This document shows positions 1 to 10,915 of a stretch of DNA of 64,000 nt, in pieces. Source of the stretch: Verrucomicrobiota bacterium (GTDB lineage: Bacteria; Verrucomicrobiota; Verrucomicrobiia; CAIQCK01); the NCBI GenBank assembly GCA_016235595.1, contig JACRJX010000025.1, forward strand, positions 228,765 to 292,764, in the 5' to 3' direction. How positions within the stretch are numbered: position 1 is the first letter of the stretch; every line of letters begins with the position of its first letter. The notes under the pieces are model-generated. The model saw only the letters and a list, made by a program, of their open reading frames with translations, made no database searches and had not been told where the DNA came from. The position numbers and the translations under genes are program-made.

Positions 1-2019
1 GACGTTGACCGTGACCTTCTGCGGTTGCGGGACTCGCAGCTTCGGACAAAGCAGCCCGGCCAGGTCACCGGCGGGACGCTCTTCCAGTTTCACGGGTGAG
101 TGGAAGACCTGCCCCTTCCCCAACGGCGCGCCGAGGCCGGCTCCCGCTGCGCTGAACACGATGCTCTCTGTCCGGCCCATCTCACCGGCGTTTGGCCGAA
201 CGGTCAACGTCACCGGGTCGCCAGGAGCGAGATCGAAGGGCGGCGTGATGAACCAATGCGAGCGTTCGTCCTCGTAGTCGAGCTTGCCTTCAAAAATCGT
301 CTGGTCGCGCACGGCGAGGCTGAAGCTGGACGTGCCGTCGTTCTCGTCGAGCATCTTGATCTGCGCGACGTAGCGTCCGGCCGGGCCGGGGAACTCCAGT
401 GTCGCGCGTCCCTCGCGCCCCGCGACGCGATACCACGCACGATCGGCTTTGAAGTTCTCCAACTTCCATTCGGCCAACGGACGGTTGATCAATCGCAACG
501 GTTCCATGAGCCGTTTCACCGAATCGAAAGAAGCGGTGCGACCGAGCGAATCAAAGCTGCCGTAGCCGTCGCTGACGATGACGCGCCCACCGCGTTGCGC
601 AAACCGCAGAATGCCGGCGGCGGTGGGTTCGTCGAGATAGAGGGCATTCTGGATGATCAACGTGTCCAGGCCTCTCGTGCCATTGCCAGAGAGGTCCGCC
701 GCAACAACAACCTCAAAAGGAATGCCTGCGGTCATGAGCGCGTGCGCAAGCCCTTCAACATTCTGGGCCCGGCGGTCCTGGATTTGCGTCGTCGTGGAAT
801 GGAAGAGGCCGACGTTGCTTCCCGGCCGCGCCTTGGAAAACACCGTCTCGTGCGCGCGCAGGAAAGTGTAGGACTGCTTGATCGCGCGATGAATGCGTTG
901 ATAAAATGGGTCGGCCAAGTCCGTGATCGGCAGCGCGGGAAACAGATTGTAGGCGGGGATATAAACGCCGCCGCAAGCCGCAGCCTCGGCCGCGGCGAGG
1001 GAAAACTCCTCCGCGATGGGCGAGGCCGGCCAGAAGAAATGATGCATTCCCTCGTGCCACGTCTGCACACCCCGCTGCGCGGCTATCTGTGGCGGCAGAT
1101 AAGCAAGGATGCCGGTTGGCCGGCCGTGCGATGCGGCAAGGCCGAGTTTGTAGCGATACGCGTTGTTCTCGAACGGCGGGTGCGACATCGTTTCGTAGAA
1201 CACGAGGTCCACCGCGCCCGCTTCCATGATCGCCGGGCCGTAACCGGGCAGGCTGCCCAGGTTCGGAGAGATCAACAGCGGCGGGTCGTGCTGGCGGTTG
1301 AATGCGCGCAGGCCTGCATAGTAGGCCACGAGCGTCTCGGCGTTGAAGGCACGCGCTGCCGCTGCCCGCGGCCCCGACTCACGCAAGGCCGGCATATCAT
1401 TGCCCGGGTCCACGTGGTGCGCAGTGGCCCACGTTTGCCAGGCCGCGACGGCGTTCGTGTGATGGTCGTCCAACATGAACACGTTGTCGTAAAACACCGC
1501 CGCGACATCCGGCCGATCCATGACCTGGCGCGTTCGCTCGCGCACAAACTCCGGCCAAGCCGGCGCGAAGAGCGACCCGTAACGGCGCACAGGATTGTTG
1601 TAGGCAAGAACCTCGCTGCGGTCGGCCTTGAGCAGAATCGCGTCCTTGAGTTGCAGATGCTTGGCCATCTCCTGCGTGGTCGTGGTGCGACTGCACACGT
1701 AGGGCATGAGACGGAGGCCGCGTTGGCGGGCATACTCGGCCGTCTCAGCCGAGTCGAACGCACCGCCATGCACCAGCGTCTGGCCGCCATCGAGAAACAA
1801 ATCCACCAACGGCCGCGTGTGTGTAGAGTAATGGAGACACCAGTAGAGCCGTCCCCGCTGCGCCCAATCCGGCAGTTCCGTCTGCTCCGTCCAATGTGCC
1901 CCGGCCTGATCGAGGACACATGCCAACAAGCCCGCAAACAACCACCGCACCGTGCGGATGGAGCGTGATGTGCGCGCTCCAGTGATTGAAATTTCCGATG
2001 AACCGGGATCTGGTTTCAA
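1..2019 (-). CDS. Secreted glycoside-hydrolase-like protein (TIM barrel plus beta-galactosidase trimerisation-like domain), runs off the left edge
   Basis: Open minus frame absent from the ORF track (no stop in window). AGGAGG then TTG at 2019 gives MKPDPG...RWLFAGLLACVLDQAGA (signal-like), VFYDN, and GIPFEVV...LDTLIIQNALYLD...LRFAQRGGRVIV, typical of GH42-type trimerisation domains. Confidence 0.7.
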   Translation of the reverse strand, partial: MKPDPGSSEISITGARTSRSIRTVRWLFAGLLACVLDQAGAHWTEQTELPDWAQRGRLYWCLHYSTHTRPLVDLFLDGGQTLVHGGAFDSAETAEYARQRGLRLMPYVCSRTTTTQEMAKHLQLKDAILLKADRSEVLAYNNPVRRYGSLFAPAWPEFVRERTRQVMDRPDVAAVFYDNVFMLDDHHTNAVAAWQTWATAHHVDPGNDMPALRESGPRAAAARAFNAETLVAYYAGLRAFNRQHDPPLLISPNLGSLPGYGPAIMEAGAVDLVFYETMSHPPFENNAYRYKLGLAASHGRPTGILAYLPPQIAAQRGVQTWHEGMHHFFWPASPIAEEFSLAAAEAAACGGVYIPAYNLFPALPITDLADPFYQRIHRAIKQSYTFLRAHETVFSKARPGSNVGLFHSTTTQIQDRRAQNVEGLAHALMTAGIPFEVVVAADLSGNGTRGLDTLIIQNALYLDEPTAAGILRFAQRGGRVIVSDGYGSFDSLGRTASFDSVKRLMEPLRLINRPLAEWKLENFKADRAWYRVAGREGRATLEFPGPAGRYVAQIKMLDENDGTSSFSLAVRDQTIFEGKLDYEDERSHWFITPPFDLAPGDPVTLTVRPNAGEMGRTESIVFSAAGAGLGAPLGKGQVFHSPVKLEERPAGDLAGLLCPKLRVPQPQKVTVNV

Positions 2020-2266
2020 GAAATCCTCCTATGATCCACCCTTCCCCAGCGCGGCGCCGTGGGTGTGAATTGTCCAACTCGCTTTGATGATGTGATCATT
2101 ATGGCTGCGGTCGGCCAGGAGCAGAGTCTGGTACAAGCCGACGGTCGTATGCAGTCCTCTGCGACTTCAGCGGCAGTGTAACTCCCGAGATGCGCGCCAC
2201 AACAGCAAAGTCGCGCGCCCCTGAAGCGCACCGCTTCAATCAGAAATGGATGGCCAGTCCTTTGCC

Positions 2267-3043
2267 TCAGGACTGGCTTGACGGACCCACGGCCAGACCG
2301 CAGCGCCGGAGATAGGCCTTCAGATCGGGAATGGAAATCAGGCCAAAGTGAAACACCGAGGCGGCCAGCAACACCGTCGCTCCCGCCTCAGCGGCTTCGC
2401 GGAAATGCTCCAAGGTTCCCGCGCCGCCCGACGCCACGACTTCCGCCTCGGTGGCGGAGGCAATCTTGCGGATCAACGGCAGGTCGAATCCGGTGCGGGC
2501 GCCGTCGGTCGCCTTGCTGGTCGGCAGAATACAGCGCACGCCATAGCCGGCAATTCGTTTGGCCCATTCCAACGCGTCTGCGCCGGTGGCGGTGCGTCCG
2601 CCGTCAATGAACACTTCGTAGCCCGAAGGCAGCGAGGGATTACGATCCACGTCAATGGCCACGGTGACCTTGTCCGCCCCCAGTTCACGAATCATCTCCG
2701 CGATGACATTCGGATTACGAAACGCAGCGCTGCTGGTGGACACCTTGTTCGCTCCCGCAGCGATGACGGCGCGCGCCGAAGCCACGTCTTTGATGCCTCC
2801 GCCTACCGTGAACGGGATGGTGGCAGCGGCGGCAACGCGTTTGACGACATCGAGCATCGTGGCGCGGTTTTCGACGGTGGCGGTGATGTCCAGCATGGCC
2901 AACTCATCCGCGCCCGCGGCGCAATAGGCCTTGGCGCAGGCCACCGGGTCGCCGGCATCCTTGATGTCTACAAAACGCACGCCTTTGACCACCCGCCCGT
3001 TCTGCATATCCAGGCAAGGCATAATCCGAAGGGTCGATTTCAT
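2267..3043 (-). CDS. hisF: Imidazole glycerol phosphate synthase cyclase subunit, divergent HisF
   Basis: RIMPCLD...GRVVKG, GDPV, LDITA, PFTVGGGI, VAID, ASGGAG, LAASVFH; both catalytic Asp present. Confidence 0.9.
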   Translation of the reverse strand: MKSTLRIMPCLDMQNGRVVKGVRFVDIKDAGDPVACAKAYCAAGADELAMLDITATVENRATMLDVVKRVAAAATIPFTVGGGIKDVASARAVIAAGANKVSTSSAAFRNPNVIAEMIRELGADKVTVAIDVDRNPSLPSGYEVFIDGGRTATGADALEWAKRIAGYGVRCILPTSKATDGARTGFDLPLIRKIASATEAEVVASGGAGTLEHFREAAEAGATVLLAASVFHFGLISIPDLKAYLRRCGLAVGPSSQS

Positions 3044-3105
3044 TGTGTCAGTGCTGTGAATTTAGATTGGTGTTCTTGCTTTTCAAAACAGGGCTTCGCC
3101 TCTGC

Positions 3106-4038
3106 TCAGATGTATTCCACAGTGGCGGGCGGTTTGGGCGTCAGATCATAGAGGCAACGGTTGACGCCGGGGATGGCGGTGATGCGCCGGGTGAGGCGGT
3201 GGAGCGTTGACCACGGCAGTTCCCGCACGGTGGCCGTGCGCGCATCCACGCTGTCAATGCAGCGCACCACGATGATCTGGCCAAATTCGCGTTTGCCGTT
3301 GCGGATGCCGGTGGCGTAATCGTTGAGCAGCACGGCCAGGTATTGGAAGGCGCCGGTGTTGCCAAGTTCCTCCTCAACGATGGCGGTGGCTTTGCGCACC
3401 GTGGCTAGTTTCGCCTCGGTCACCTCGCCCACGATGCGGGTTGCCAACGCGGGGCCGGGGAACGGGATGCGTTTCGTGATGCACGAAGGCAGACCCAGCA
3501 GGGCGGCAACGCGGCGCACACCGTCCTTCCGCAACGTAGCCAGCGGCTCGAGGACTTTGTAGCCATACACCTTTTGCGGATCGATCCCGATCTGCGACAG
3601 AATATTGTGCTGCCGCTTGATGCCGGCCACGGTTTCCTCGATGTCGGTCAGGATGGTGCCGTGGAGGAGGAAGGTCGCCTTGGAACGTCTCACCGCCTTG
3701 CCAAAGACATCCTTGTAAAAAGTATCCGTGATTGCCTGACGCTTCTCCTCCGGGTCGGTCAGGCCTTTGAGCGCGCGGAGAAATGACTTGCGCGCATCCA
3801 CCAATTCCACCGGGATGCCCATGTCCCGAAAGGCTTTCACCACCCGTTGCGGTTCGCCTTCGCGCATGATGGCGTTGTCCACGAAGATGGTTTTCAACTG
3901 CCGTCCCAGCGCCCGATGCGCGAGAACGGTGACCACCGAGCTATCCACACCGCCACTCAGCGCGTTGATGGCAATTCCGTTGCCGACATCACGGCGAAGG
4001 GCGTCCACTTGTTCTGTGATGAATGTTTTGTAGTTCAT
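3106..4038 (-). CDS. guaA: GMP synthase ATP-pyrophosphatase subunit (no glutaminase domain)
   Basis: ALSGGVDS PP-loop, DPEEKR, IKRQHN, PFPGPALATRI, C-terminal YDLTPKPPATVEY; ATG at 4038 gives 310 aa. Confidence 0.9.
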   Translation of the reverse strand: MNYKTFITEQVDALRRDVGNGIAINALSGGVDSSVVTVLAHRALGRQLKTIFVDNAIMREGEPQRVVKAFRDMGIPVELVDARKSFLRALKGLTDPEEKRQAITDTFYKDVFGKAVRRSKATFLLHGTILTDIEETVAGIKRQHNILSQIGIDPQKVYGYKVLEPLATLRKDGVRRVAALLGLPSCITKRIPFPGPALATRIVGEVTEAKLATVRKATAIVEEELGNTGAFQYLAVLLNDYATGIRNGKREFGQIIVVRCIDSVDARTATVRELPWSTLHRLTRRITAIPGVNRCLYDLTPKPPATVEYI

Positions 4039-4147
4039 GGGTGCAATGGGGTTTCTGGCGTTTGAAGTCTCCTGCGTTCGTCTTGCGGAGTTTATCGAGA
4101 CCGGCCATCCGATACAGCTTTTTTTACAACTTTCCGCGCCTCCACAC

Positions 4148-5269
4148 TCAGAAGCGTCCGTGTGTTTCCACAAGCTCGCGCATGATCGCGATGCGCTGCT
4201 CGTCGGCGCCCGGCGGCACCTGGTCACCGGCGTTGGCAACGAAACGGCAGGTTGTCTTCCTTTGATCGAGCCACTCCAGCACCTTCGCCTCGAAATCCGC
4301 CAGCGGCGCGTCGGGCATCCAGAGATTCGGCGAGACGCCGCCGGAGAGGATGAATCGCTCGCCCACCTCGCGGCGGCACTCAGCCGGGTTGAGGTCGCCG
4401 GTCGGCGTCGGCGTCACGGCGTCGGCGCAATCCGCGCCGGCGTCCCGTATCATCCGGAGCGCGCCGCGCAGTCTGCCGTCCACGTGCACGGCGACGAACT
4501 TGCCGGCCTTGTGAAGACGTGCGATGGCTTCGTTGTAGAAATCGCGGGACCACTCGTTGAAGAACGACGGTGGCTGAATGTCGCTGGAGAAGTTGTCACC
4601 CATAATCACAACCTGTGCCGGCGACTGGCAGAGCAAGTCCACCAGTTCGAGCGTGTTCCGGTTCACGCTGTCCACCGTTTCATGCATCAAGCTGGCCCAG
4701 TCGGCGGCTGCGTAGGCGACTGCTTCGACGCCCATCCAGTAGTTGAGCAGATGCCCCATCGCACTGTAACCCAGCGGCAGGTAAACGACCCCGCAATCGC
4801 CAACACAACGGTCCCACGCGGCAAAACTCTCCCAATGAGGCACGAAACGACGTCGTGACATCGCATATCCAAACACACGCAGGTCCGCCTCAGTCTGGAT
4901 GCCCCACCGGCTGATGCCCCATGCGTAAGACCGCTCTTCCCACATCCGGGCGCGCTCGATTGAGCCAAGCGGCGTCTCGATCCGCCAGATGATTTCCGTG
5001 TTGCCGCCGTGGGTCCGCCGCTCGGTGGTGGCCTTCACGTCCGGTGGAAATGCTGCCGAGTGGAACGCGGCGAGGTTGGGCATGTAAAAACCCGCACCCG
5101 CGCGTTTATGGTAGCCAATCAGTTCGTGTTCCGGCTCAACATACGACTGGCTCAGATCCCACGGCAACCGTCGGCGATGATAGAACCAGTGCGACAGGTC
5201 CAACATGTAAGGCACTACATCCGGGGTCTCTCCGCGATACACGGCAAGGATTCGTTCGCGCAGTGTCAT
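4148..5269 (-). CDS. Uroporphyrinogen decarboxylase / MtaA-CmuA family protein
   Basis: MTLRERILAVYRGETPDVVP N-terminus, ETPLG, GDN, HVDG, TPTPTGD, LSGGV, GDQVPP. Confidence 0.8.
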   Translation of the reverse strand: MTLRERILAVYRGETPDVVPYMLDLSHWFYHRRRLPWDLSQSYVEPEHELIGYHKRAGAGFYMPNLAAFHSAAFPPDVKATTERRTHGGNTEIIWRIETPLGSIERARMWEERSYAWGISRWGIQTEADLRVFGYAMSRRRFVPHWESFAAWDRCVGDCGVVYLPLGYSAMGHLLNYWMGVEAVAYAAADWASLMHETVDSVNRNTLELVDLLCQSPAQVVIMGDNFSSDIQPPSFFNEWSRDFYNEAIARLHKAGKFVAVHVDGRLRGALRMIRDAGADCADAVTPTPTGDLNPAECRREVGERFILSGGVSPNLWMPDAPLADFEAKVLEWLDQRKTTCRFVANAGDQVPPGADEQRIAIMRELVETHGRF

Positions 5270-5318
5270 GCAGCCGCCACAGGGTCTATTGCCTCAGCGC
5301 AACCTAAAAACGGATGCT

Positions 5319-6356
5319 CTACTTGAACTGCTCCACGTATTTCAGGAAGTCCTTCGCGGTCTTGTCCAGGTTCGCAATGGAGCCGCCGCCGTCGAGCACC
5401 TCGCACATCTCATAGACGAGATACCCCCGATAACCGATCTCCTTCAACGTGCCAATGAATGCCTTGTAGTCAATGATCCCCTCGGGGTCGCTCATGCAAG
5501 TCGCGCGCAGCACGTCCTCCTGGCGCACATAGTTGGTCAGCTCGTGGACGTAATGGAACCTCGGCTGCCGGCGGTATTGCGCCGCGATCGTGTTCACGAT
5601 GAACGGCTTCATCTTGAGGATGGACTTGCGGATCTCGGCAGGCGTGAGCTTCTCCAGCGTCGGCGACCATGCGTCCCAGCCGACTTTCACGTTGGGAAGG
5701 TTGACCTCCTTCATCAGCCAGCTCATCGCCTCGTGATGCAATGCGATGTCGTGATGGTTCTGCACAACCAGCGTGACGCCGTACTTGGCTGCCTCTTTGC
5801 CGGCGAGTTTGAGGCCCTCCAATACCGCAGCGTATTGACGGTCGTAAGGAATGCCGGGCCGCTCATAGCCGGTGAAAATCCGCACCATCGGGCAACCCAG
5901 ATCGCGAGCCAGCCGCGCCACTTCGCCGACGTAAGCCGCCTGGATTTCCACGTTCGGAATGCCCGGCTTGTCGATGCCTGCCGTGAAATCGGAGTAGCCG
6001 GCCAGCGCCGCCATCGTGAGCTTGAGTTCGGCCAGCCGCGCCTTGAGCTTCTTGCGCGCGGCCGCATCGAAATCCAACGGCGACAGATGCGGTCGCTTGG
6101 CCATGACCATCACCGCGTCGTAGCCCAGTTCTTTTGCTTTGACCAAAAACTCATCCAGCGTCAACTGCGCCTGCCCTCGCCACAGGCCGGCGTAGCCGAT
6201 CGAGTGCAGGCACGGCTTGACGCAAAAATCCTTCGGATCGCCTGTGGGGAGTTGTTGAGCGTAAGTCTTCATGGTTGCCATGCAGCAGCCCAAAACGAGG
6301 ACCGCGCAAAGGATGGTGGTTGTGAGTGGTGACGTTGAAGAGTGGATCGCCTTCAT
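5319..6356 (-). CDS. Sugar-phosphate isomerase/epimerase (xylose isomerase-like TIM barrel) with signal peptide
   Basis: KAKELGYDAV, VRIFTG, LVVQNHH, VGWDAW, IDYKAFIGTLKEIGYRGYLVYE; start uncertain. Confidence 0.8.
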   Translation of the reverse strand: MKAIHSSTSPLTTTILCAVLVLGCCMATMKTYAQQLPTGDPKDFCVKPCLHSIGYAGLWRGQAQLTLDEFLVKAKELGYDAVMVMAKRPHLSPLDFDAAARKKLKARLAELKLTMAALAGYSDFTAGIDKPGIPNVEIQAAYVGEVARLARDLGCPMVRIFTGYERPGIPYDRQYAAVLEGLKLAGKEAAKYGVTLVVQNHHDIALHHEAMSWLMKEVNLPNVKVGWDAWSPTLEKLTPAEIRKSILKMKPFIVNTIAAQYRRQPRFHYVHELTNYVRQEDVLRATCMSDPEGIIDYKAFIGTLKEIGYRGYLVYEMCEVLDGGGSIANLDKTAKDFLKYVEQFK

Positions 6357-6628
6357 AAGCGCGCAGCATACGCCGGCCATCCCGCCAATCAACGCGAAAA
6401 TCTTCTCCGCCAGTCTGGTGGCAAACGACAACGGGGACAACGCGTGGATTGGACCGCAGATTGGCGGTGTCCTTATCCGGCCACGTCAACGAGGTGGCAT
6501 CATCGCGGGATGAAATCTCGGTCCATCAAGCGAAACAAAAAAGCAACAAACATTGGACAAAATGAAAGCGTGGATTGAAATTAGCATATCTCAGGCGGCC
6601 TGCAGCCGCATGATTTCAGGCAGGGACT

Positions 6629-9553
6629 GTGATGAATGACCGGTTGGCAATCCTGCATCTCGAAGACAACCCTCGTGACGCGGAACTGGTTCGACACTCG
6701 TTGCTGCAAGCCACCGCGTTGACCTGCGACCTGCGGCTCGCACGCAACCGCGCGGAATACGAGGCCGCGCTGGCAGAAACCAAGTTTGACCTGATCCTCT
6801 CTGATTACGACCTGCCCGACTACGATGGAATCACTGCCTTGAAACTGGCTGCCGAGAAACAGCCTGATGTCCCTTTCATCCTGGTCACCGGCGCATTGGG
6901 CGAGGAGCAGGCAATAGACTGCGTGATCCTCGGCGCGGCGGATTATGTGCTCAAACAGCGACTCCACCGTCTGGCCCCGGCCGTGTCGCGGGTGTTGGCC
7001 GAGGCCAAGGAACATCAAGAACGCCGCAAGGCGGAGGAAGCATTGCGGGAAAGCGAGGAGATGCTCCGCTTGCTGATGGATTCCACCGCCGAGGCGATCT
7101 ACGGGCTGGACATGGACGGCAAGTTCACCTTCTGCAACGCAGCCTGCCTGCAAATGCTGGGCTATGCCCAGCCGAGTGATTTACTCGGCAAGGAAATGCA
7201 CGCGCTCATCCATCACAGCCGCGCAGATGGCACGCCTCTGCCGAAAGACGACTCCCGTGTCCGTTGCGCTTCACGGCAGGGCAACGGCACTCATGCCTGC
7301 GATCAAGTTTACTGGCGCGCTGACGGCACTTGTTTTCCCGTTGAATACTGGTCTTACCCCACTTGGCGTGGCGGAAGGCCCATTGGCACCGTAGTGACGT
7401 TCTTCGACATCACCGAGCGCAAGCGAATGGAGGAATCGCTGCGGCAGGAACAGATCCTGGTTCTGGCCTTGATGGAGAACCTGCCGGCTCGCATTTATTT
7501 CAAGGACACCGCCAGCCGCTTCCTCCGCGCTAACCCGGCCACAGCCAAATTCTTTGGCTTGAGCAGCCCGGCGCAAATCATCGGCAAATCGGATGCGGAT
7601 TTCTTCTCCCCAGAACACGTCCAAAAGGCTTTGGCCGACGAGCAAGCCATCATACGCACCGGACGGGCGATGCTGAACATCGAAGAGAAGGAAAAGTGGC
7701 CCGACGGCCATGAGAGTTGGGCATCGACCTGCAAATTACCTCTGCGTAACCCGGCAGGAACAATCATCGGCACTTGCGGCATTTCCAGCGACATCACGGA
7801 GCGCAAACGCGTGGAGGAGGAACGCGAGAAAATCCTCCGGTGGCGGCAGGGTGTTAACCAACTTCAACAGTCGCTTCTAGTGCCCGCCCCGCTGGAGGAC
7901 AAACTCAAGCTTGTCACCGACGGCATTGTCCAACTCTTCGAGGCTGATTTCTGTCGCATCTGGCTGATTCGGCCCGGCGACTTGTGTGAACTCGGCTGCG
8001 TCCATGCCGAACTGAAGCTAGGGCCGCATGTCTGCCGCTACCGCGACCGGTGTCTGCACTTGATGGCGAGTTCCGGCCGCTACACCCATATAGACGGCAA
8101 GGGCCACAGCCGGGTCCCGTTCGACGCCTACAAGATCGGACGCATCGCGTCGTGCAAAGACCGCAAGTTCCTGACCAATGACGTGACGAACGATCCCCGG
8201 ATTCACAACCACGAATGGGCGCGCGGACTGGGACTCATCTCCTTCGCGGGCTATCAGCTCCGAATTCCCGGTGTAAAAACGCTGGGGGTTCTCGCCCTGT
8301 TCGCCAGGCACCTCATCCTGCCGATCGAAGACGCCCAGCTGGATAGCCTGAGCAGCACCCTCGCTCAAGTCATCCAACACGCCCAGGCGGAAGAAGCACT
8401 GAGGGCGAGCGAGGAGAAACACCGGGGTCTCTTTGAAAGCTCCCGTGACGCTCTCATGACGGTTGAGCTTCACTCCGGAAAATTCTCCTCCGGTAATGCG
8501 GCCGCGCTGAAGATGTTCGGGATGAAGGACGAGGAGGAACTGATTTCTTACGGTCCGTGGGAACTATCTCCCGAACGGCAGCCAGATGGGCGAATCTCCA
8601 TGGAGAAAGCCAAGGAGATCAATGAGACGGCCTTGCGCGATGGCTCTCACTTCTTTGAGTGGACGCACCAGCGGATCGACGGCGAAGATTTTCCCGCCGA
8701 CGTGCTGCTGACTCGGATGGAGTTGGGAGGAAAGGTGATACTCCAAGCCACCGTCCGCGACATCACCGAGCGCAAGCGGGCAGAGGAGGAAATCCGCAAG
8801 CTCAACACCGATTTGGAGCGGCGGGTGGAAGAGCGCACCGCCCAGCTTCAAGAGGCGAACAAGGAACTGGATACGTTTTCCCACAGTGTGTCGCACGACT
8901 TGCTCGCGCCGCTGCGGAACATCAACGGCTTTGCGAGCATGTTGATCGAGGAACACGCCAAGCGGCTCGACGAGGAAGGCCGTCGCTTGTTGGGGACCAT
9001 CTGTGGCGAGGCCGATCGGATGAGCCAGATGGTTGGCGAACTGCTGGCGTTCTCGCGGCTCGGACGACAATCCATGCTTAGGAGCGAGGTGGATATGACG
9101 GCGCTGGCGCAAAGCGTGTTCGACCAATGCGCGGCGCAGGTGCCGGACCGCAAGCTCATGTTCAAGCTGCAACCGCTACCGTCGGCCCAGGGCGACGCGG
9201 CCATGCTGTCTCACGTCTGGGTCAATCTCATCTCCAACGCCATCAAATACACTCGCCCCAAACCGGTGGCCAAAATCGAGATCACCGGCCGCGCCGATGG
9301 CAACGAGATCGTCTACTGCGTGAAAGACAACGGCGCGGGTTTCGACATGAATTATGTACAGAAGCTCTTCGGCGTGTTTCAGCGGTTGCACACCGAGGCG
9401 GAGTTTGAGGGCACAGGTGTGGGGCTGACCATCGTCCAACGCATCATCAAGCGCCACGGCGGACGCGTTTGGGCCGAAGGAAAGGTCAACGAGGGAGCTG
9501 CGTTCTATTTCACACTGCCCAAACTCGCCGAATCAGGTCCTGTTCGCGACTGA
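6629..9553 (+). CDS. Hybrid sensor histidine kinase REC-PAS-PAS-GAF-PAS-HisKA-HATPase
   Basis: LHLED...DLILSDY receiver, three DITERK PAC ends, SHDLLAPL H-box, [21 protein letters not shown]. Confidence 0.95.
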   Translation: MMNDRLAILHLEDNPRDAELVRHSLLQATALTCDLRLARNRAEYEAALAETKFDLILSDYDLPDYDGITALKLAAEKQPDVPFILVTGALGEEQAIDCVILGAADYVLKQRLHRLAPAVSRVLAEAKEHQERRKAEEALRESEEMLRLLMDSTAEAIYGLDMDGKFTFCNAACLQMLGYAQPSDLLGKEMHALIHHSRADGTPLPKDDSRVRCASRQGNGTHACDQVYWRADGTCFPVEYWSYPTWRGGRPIGTVVTFFDITERKRMEESLRQEQILVLALMENLPARIYFKDTASRFLRANPATAKFFGLSSPAQIIGKSDADFFSPEHVQKALADEQAIIRTGRAMLNIEEKEKWPDGHESWASTCKLPLRNPAGTIIGTCGISSDITERKRVEEEREKILRWRQGVNQLQQSLLVPAPLEDKLKLVTDGIVQLFEADFCRIWLIRPGDLCELGCVHAELKLGPHVCRYRDRCLHLMASSGRYTHIDGKGHSRVPFDAYKIGRIASCKDRKFLTNDVTNDPRIHNHEWARGLGLISFAGYQLRIPGVKTLGVLALFARHLILPIEDAQLDSLSSTLAQVIQHAQAEEALRASEEKHRGLFESSRDALMTVELHSGKFSSGNAAALKMFGMKDEEELISYGPWELSPERQPDGRISMEKAKEINETALRDGSHFFEWTHQRIDGEDFPADVLLTRMELGGKVILQATVRDITERKRAEEEIRKLNTDLERRVEERTAQLQEANKELDTFSHSVSHDLLAPLRNINGFASMLIEEHAKRLDEEGRRLLGTICGEADRMSQMVGELLAFSRLGRQSMLRSEVDMTALAQSVFDQCAAQVPDRKLMFKLQPLPSAQGDAAMLSHVWVNLISNAIKYTRPKPVAKIEITGRADGNEIVYCVKDNGAGFDMNYVQKLFGVFQRLHTEAEFEGTGVGLTIVQRIIKRHGGRVWAEGKVNEGAAFYFTLPKLAESGPVRD

Positions 9554-9652
9554 TTCATTGCCGGCCATGGAGATTGTGCTGCGCGCGGGGCATTGAACAT
9601 AGGCGCAGTGCGAGCTGGCAAATCGCGTTCCCTGACAGATCATCACAGCTTC

Positions 9653-10915
9653 TCAACTCCGAGGCGGGACGCTGCCAGTGGATCGCGCCAGCGCCGACTG
9701 GTGCTGGCGGCGCAGCCAGATCAGGGCCGTCAACCCGACCAGCAGGACGCCACCCACCGCCCATGTGCTGGCGTTTGGATTTGCCGGCGCAAAATGGAGC
9801 GCAGCCGCGCCGATGGCGGGGCCGAAGAAGTTGCCGGCGCCGATGGCCGCTTCGTGTAGACCACCGTGTTCGCCTTTCGTATCGCCCACGTCCATTGAGT
9901 AGAAGAGTGACGAGTAGTAAATCAGGCCGACGGCGAGCCCGAACACGATCTGACCCAGCGCCACGAGCCAGAGACCCGGCGCCAACAAGATCATTAGGAA
10001 TCCGGCAATCAACGCGAGAAACGCCATCAACAACCAGCGAAACCGGTAATGCCAGCCGGTCCATCGCCACAGCAGCACGAACGCACTGAAGCGGGCGAAC
10101 AACCAAATGGAACAGAACAGCCCGCTCTGCGCAACCGTGAGTTCAAACTTGTGCGCGAGGCCGGGAATCACCGACAGCACGGTGTTCATCGCCACATAGG
10201 CAAAGGGATTTGCCAGCCAGGCCATTTTCAGGAACGTGGCCGGGCTGACGGGCTGCTTGAACGCGACGGCCTCGGGTATGTGCGAGGCAGGCGCTGGAGG
10301 AATGGGCGGCTCAGTCACAGCCGGCTGGCGTTCGAGCCAGATCAATGTCAGCAGTTCACCCAGATGAATGGTTACGGGAAGCCAGAAAAGGCTCGCCTTG
10401 CCGAGATGCTCGAAGAACGCGCCACCGACGAGATAGGCCATCGCCGCGCTGGAAGCCCACGTGATGTTGTAGATGCCCACCAGCCGGGGAATTTCACTCG
10501 GCGGCTCGCCTTCCGTGATGAGCGCCTCAAGGGCCGGCCACGTAAAACATATCGCGAGCATCCAACCGGCGAACGTTGCAACCTTGGCCCATACCGGCGG
10601 CAAGACCATGCCGGCAAGCAAACAGACGCACACACCGACGAAACTCACGCGCAACGACGTGTGGCAACCGAACCGCTGGGCAAATCGTCCCGACTGCCAC
10701 GAGCCGACGCAATAGACCAAGCCGTTGAGCGCGCTGACGGCAAGGTTGTCGCGGTTGCCGAAACCAAAATCGTCACGCAGTAGAAAGAGCAGATAGTTGG
10801 AGTAGAACGACGCCGCAAAGGAGCTGGCGCCTCCGAAGAGGAAATAGAGGGTTTTTCGCTGATGCCGGGTCATGGGTGGAAACAGGGAACGGGGTTGAAA
10901 GCGCCGCTCAACCAT
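9653..10915 (-). CDS. MFS transporter
   Basis: About 12 hydrophobic segments, SGRFAQRFG loop motif; start at 10915 or 10873. Confidence 0.8.
   Translation of the reverse strand: MVERRFQPRSLFPPMTRHQRKTLYFLFGGASSFAASFYSNYLLFLLRDDFGFGNRDNLAVSALNGLVYCVGSWQSGRFAQRFGCHTSLRVSFVGVCVCLLAGMVLPPVWAKVATFAGWMLAICFTWPALEALITEGEPPSEIPRLVGIYNITWASSAAMAYLVGGAFFEHLGKASLFWLPVTIHLGELLTLIWLERQPAVTEPPIPPAPASHIPEAVAFKQPVSPATFLKMAWLANPFAYVAMNTVLSVIPGLAHKFELTVAQSGLFCSIWLFARFSAFVLLWRWTGWHYRFRWLLMAFLALIAGFLMILLAPGLWLVALGQIVFGLAVGLIYYSSLFYSMDVGDTKGEHGGLHEAAIGAGNFFGPAIGAAALHFAPANPNASTWAVGGVLLVGLTALIWLRRQHQSALARSTGSVPPRS

Noticed and set aside
100-1968. 622-aa plus-strand ORF
   Set aside because: Antisense shadow of the minus-strand gene 1-2019; Arg-rich with no motifs
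2222-2238. Palindrome TGAAGCG-CAC-CGCTTCA
   Set aside because: Short and single; cannot tell an operator or hairpin from chance
4039-4147. Purine or ZTP riboswitch upstream of guaA
   Set aside because: Short spacer with no recognisable aptamer or terminator
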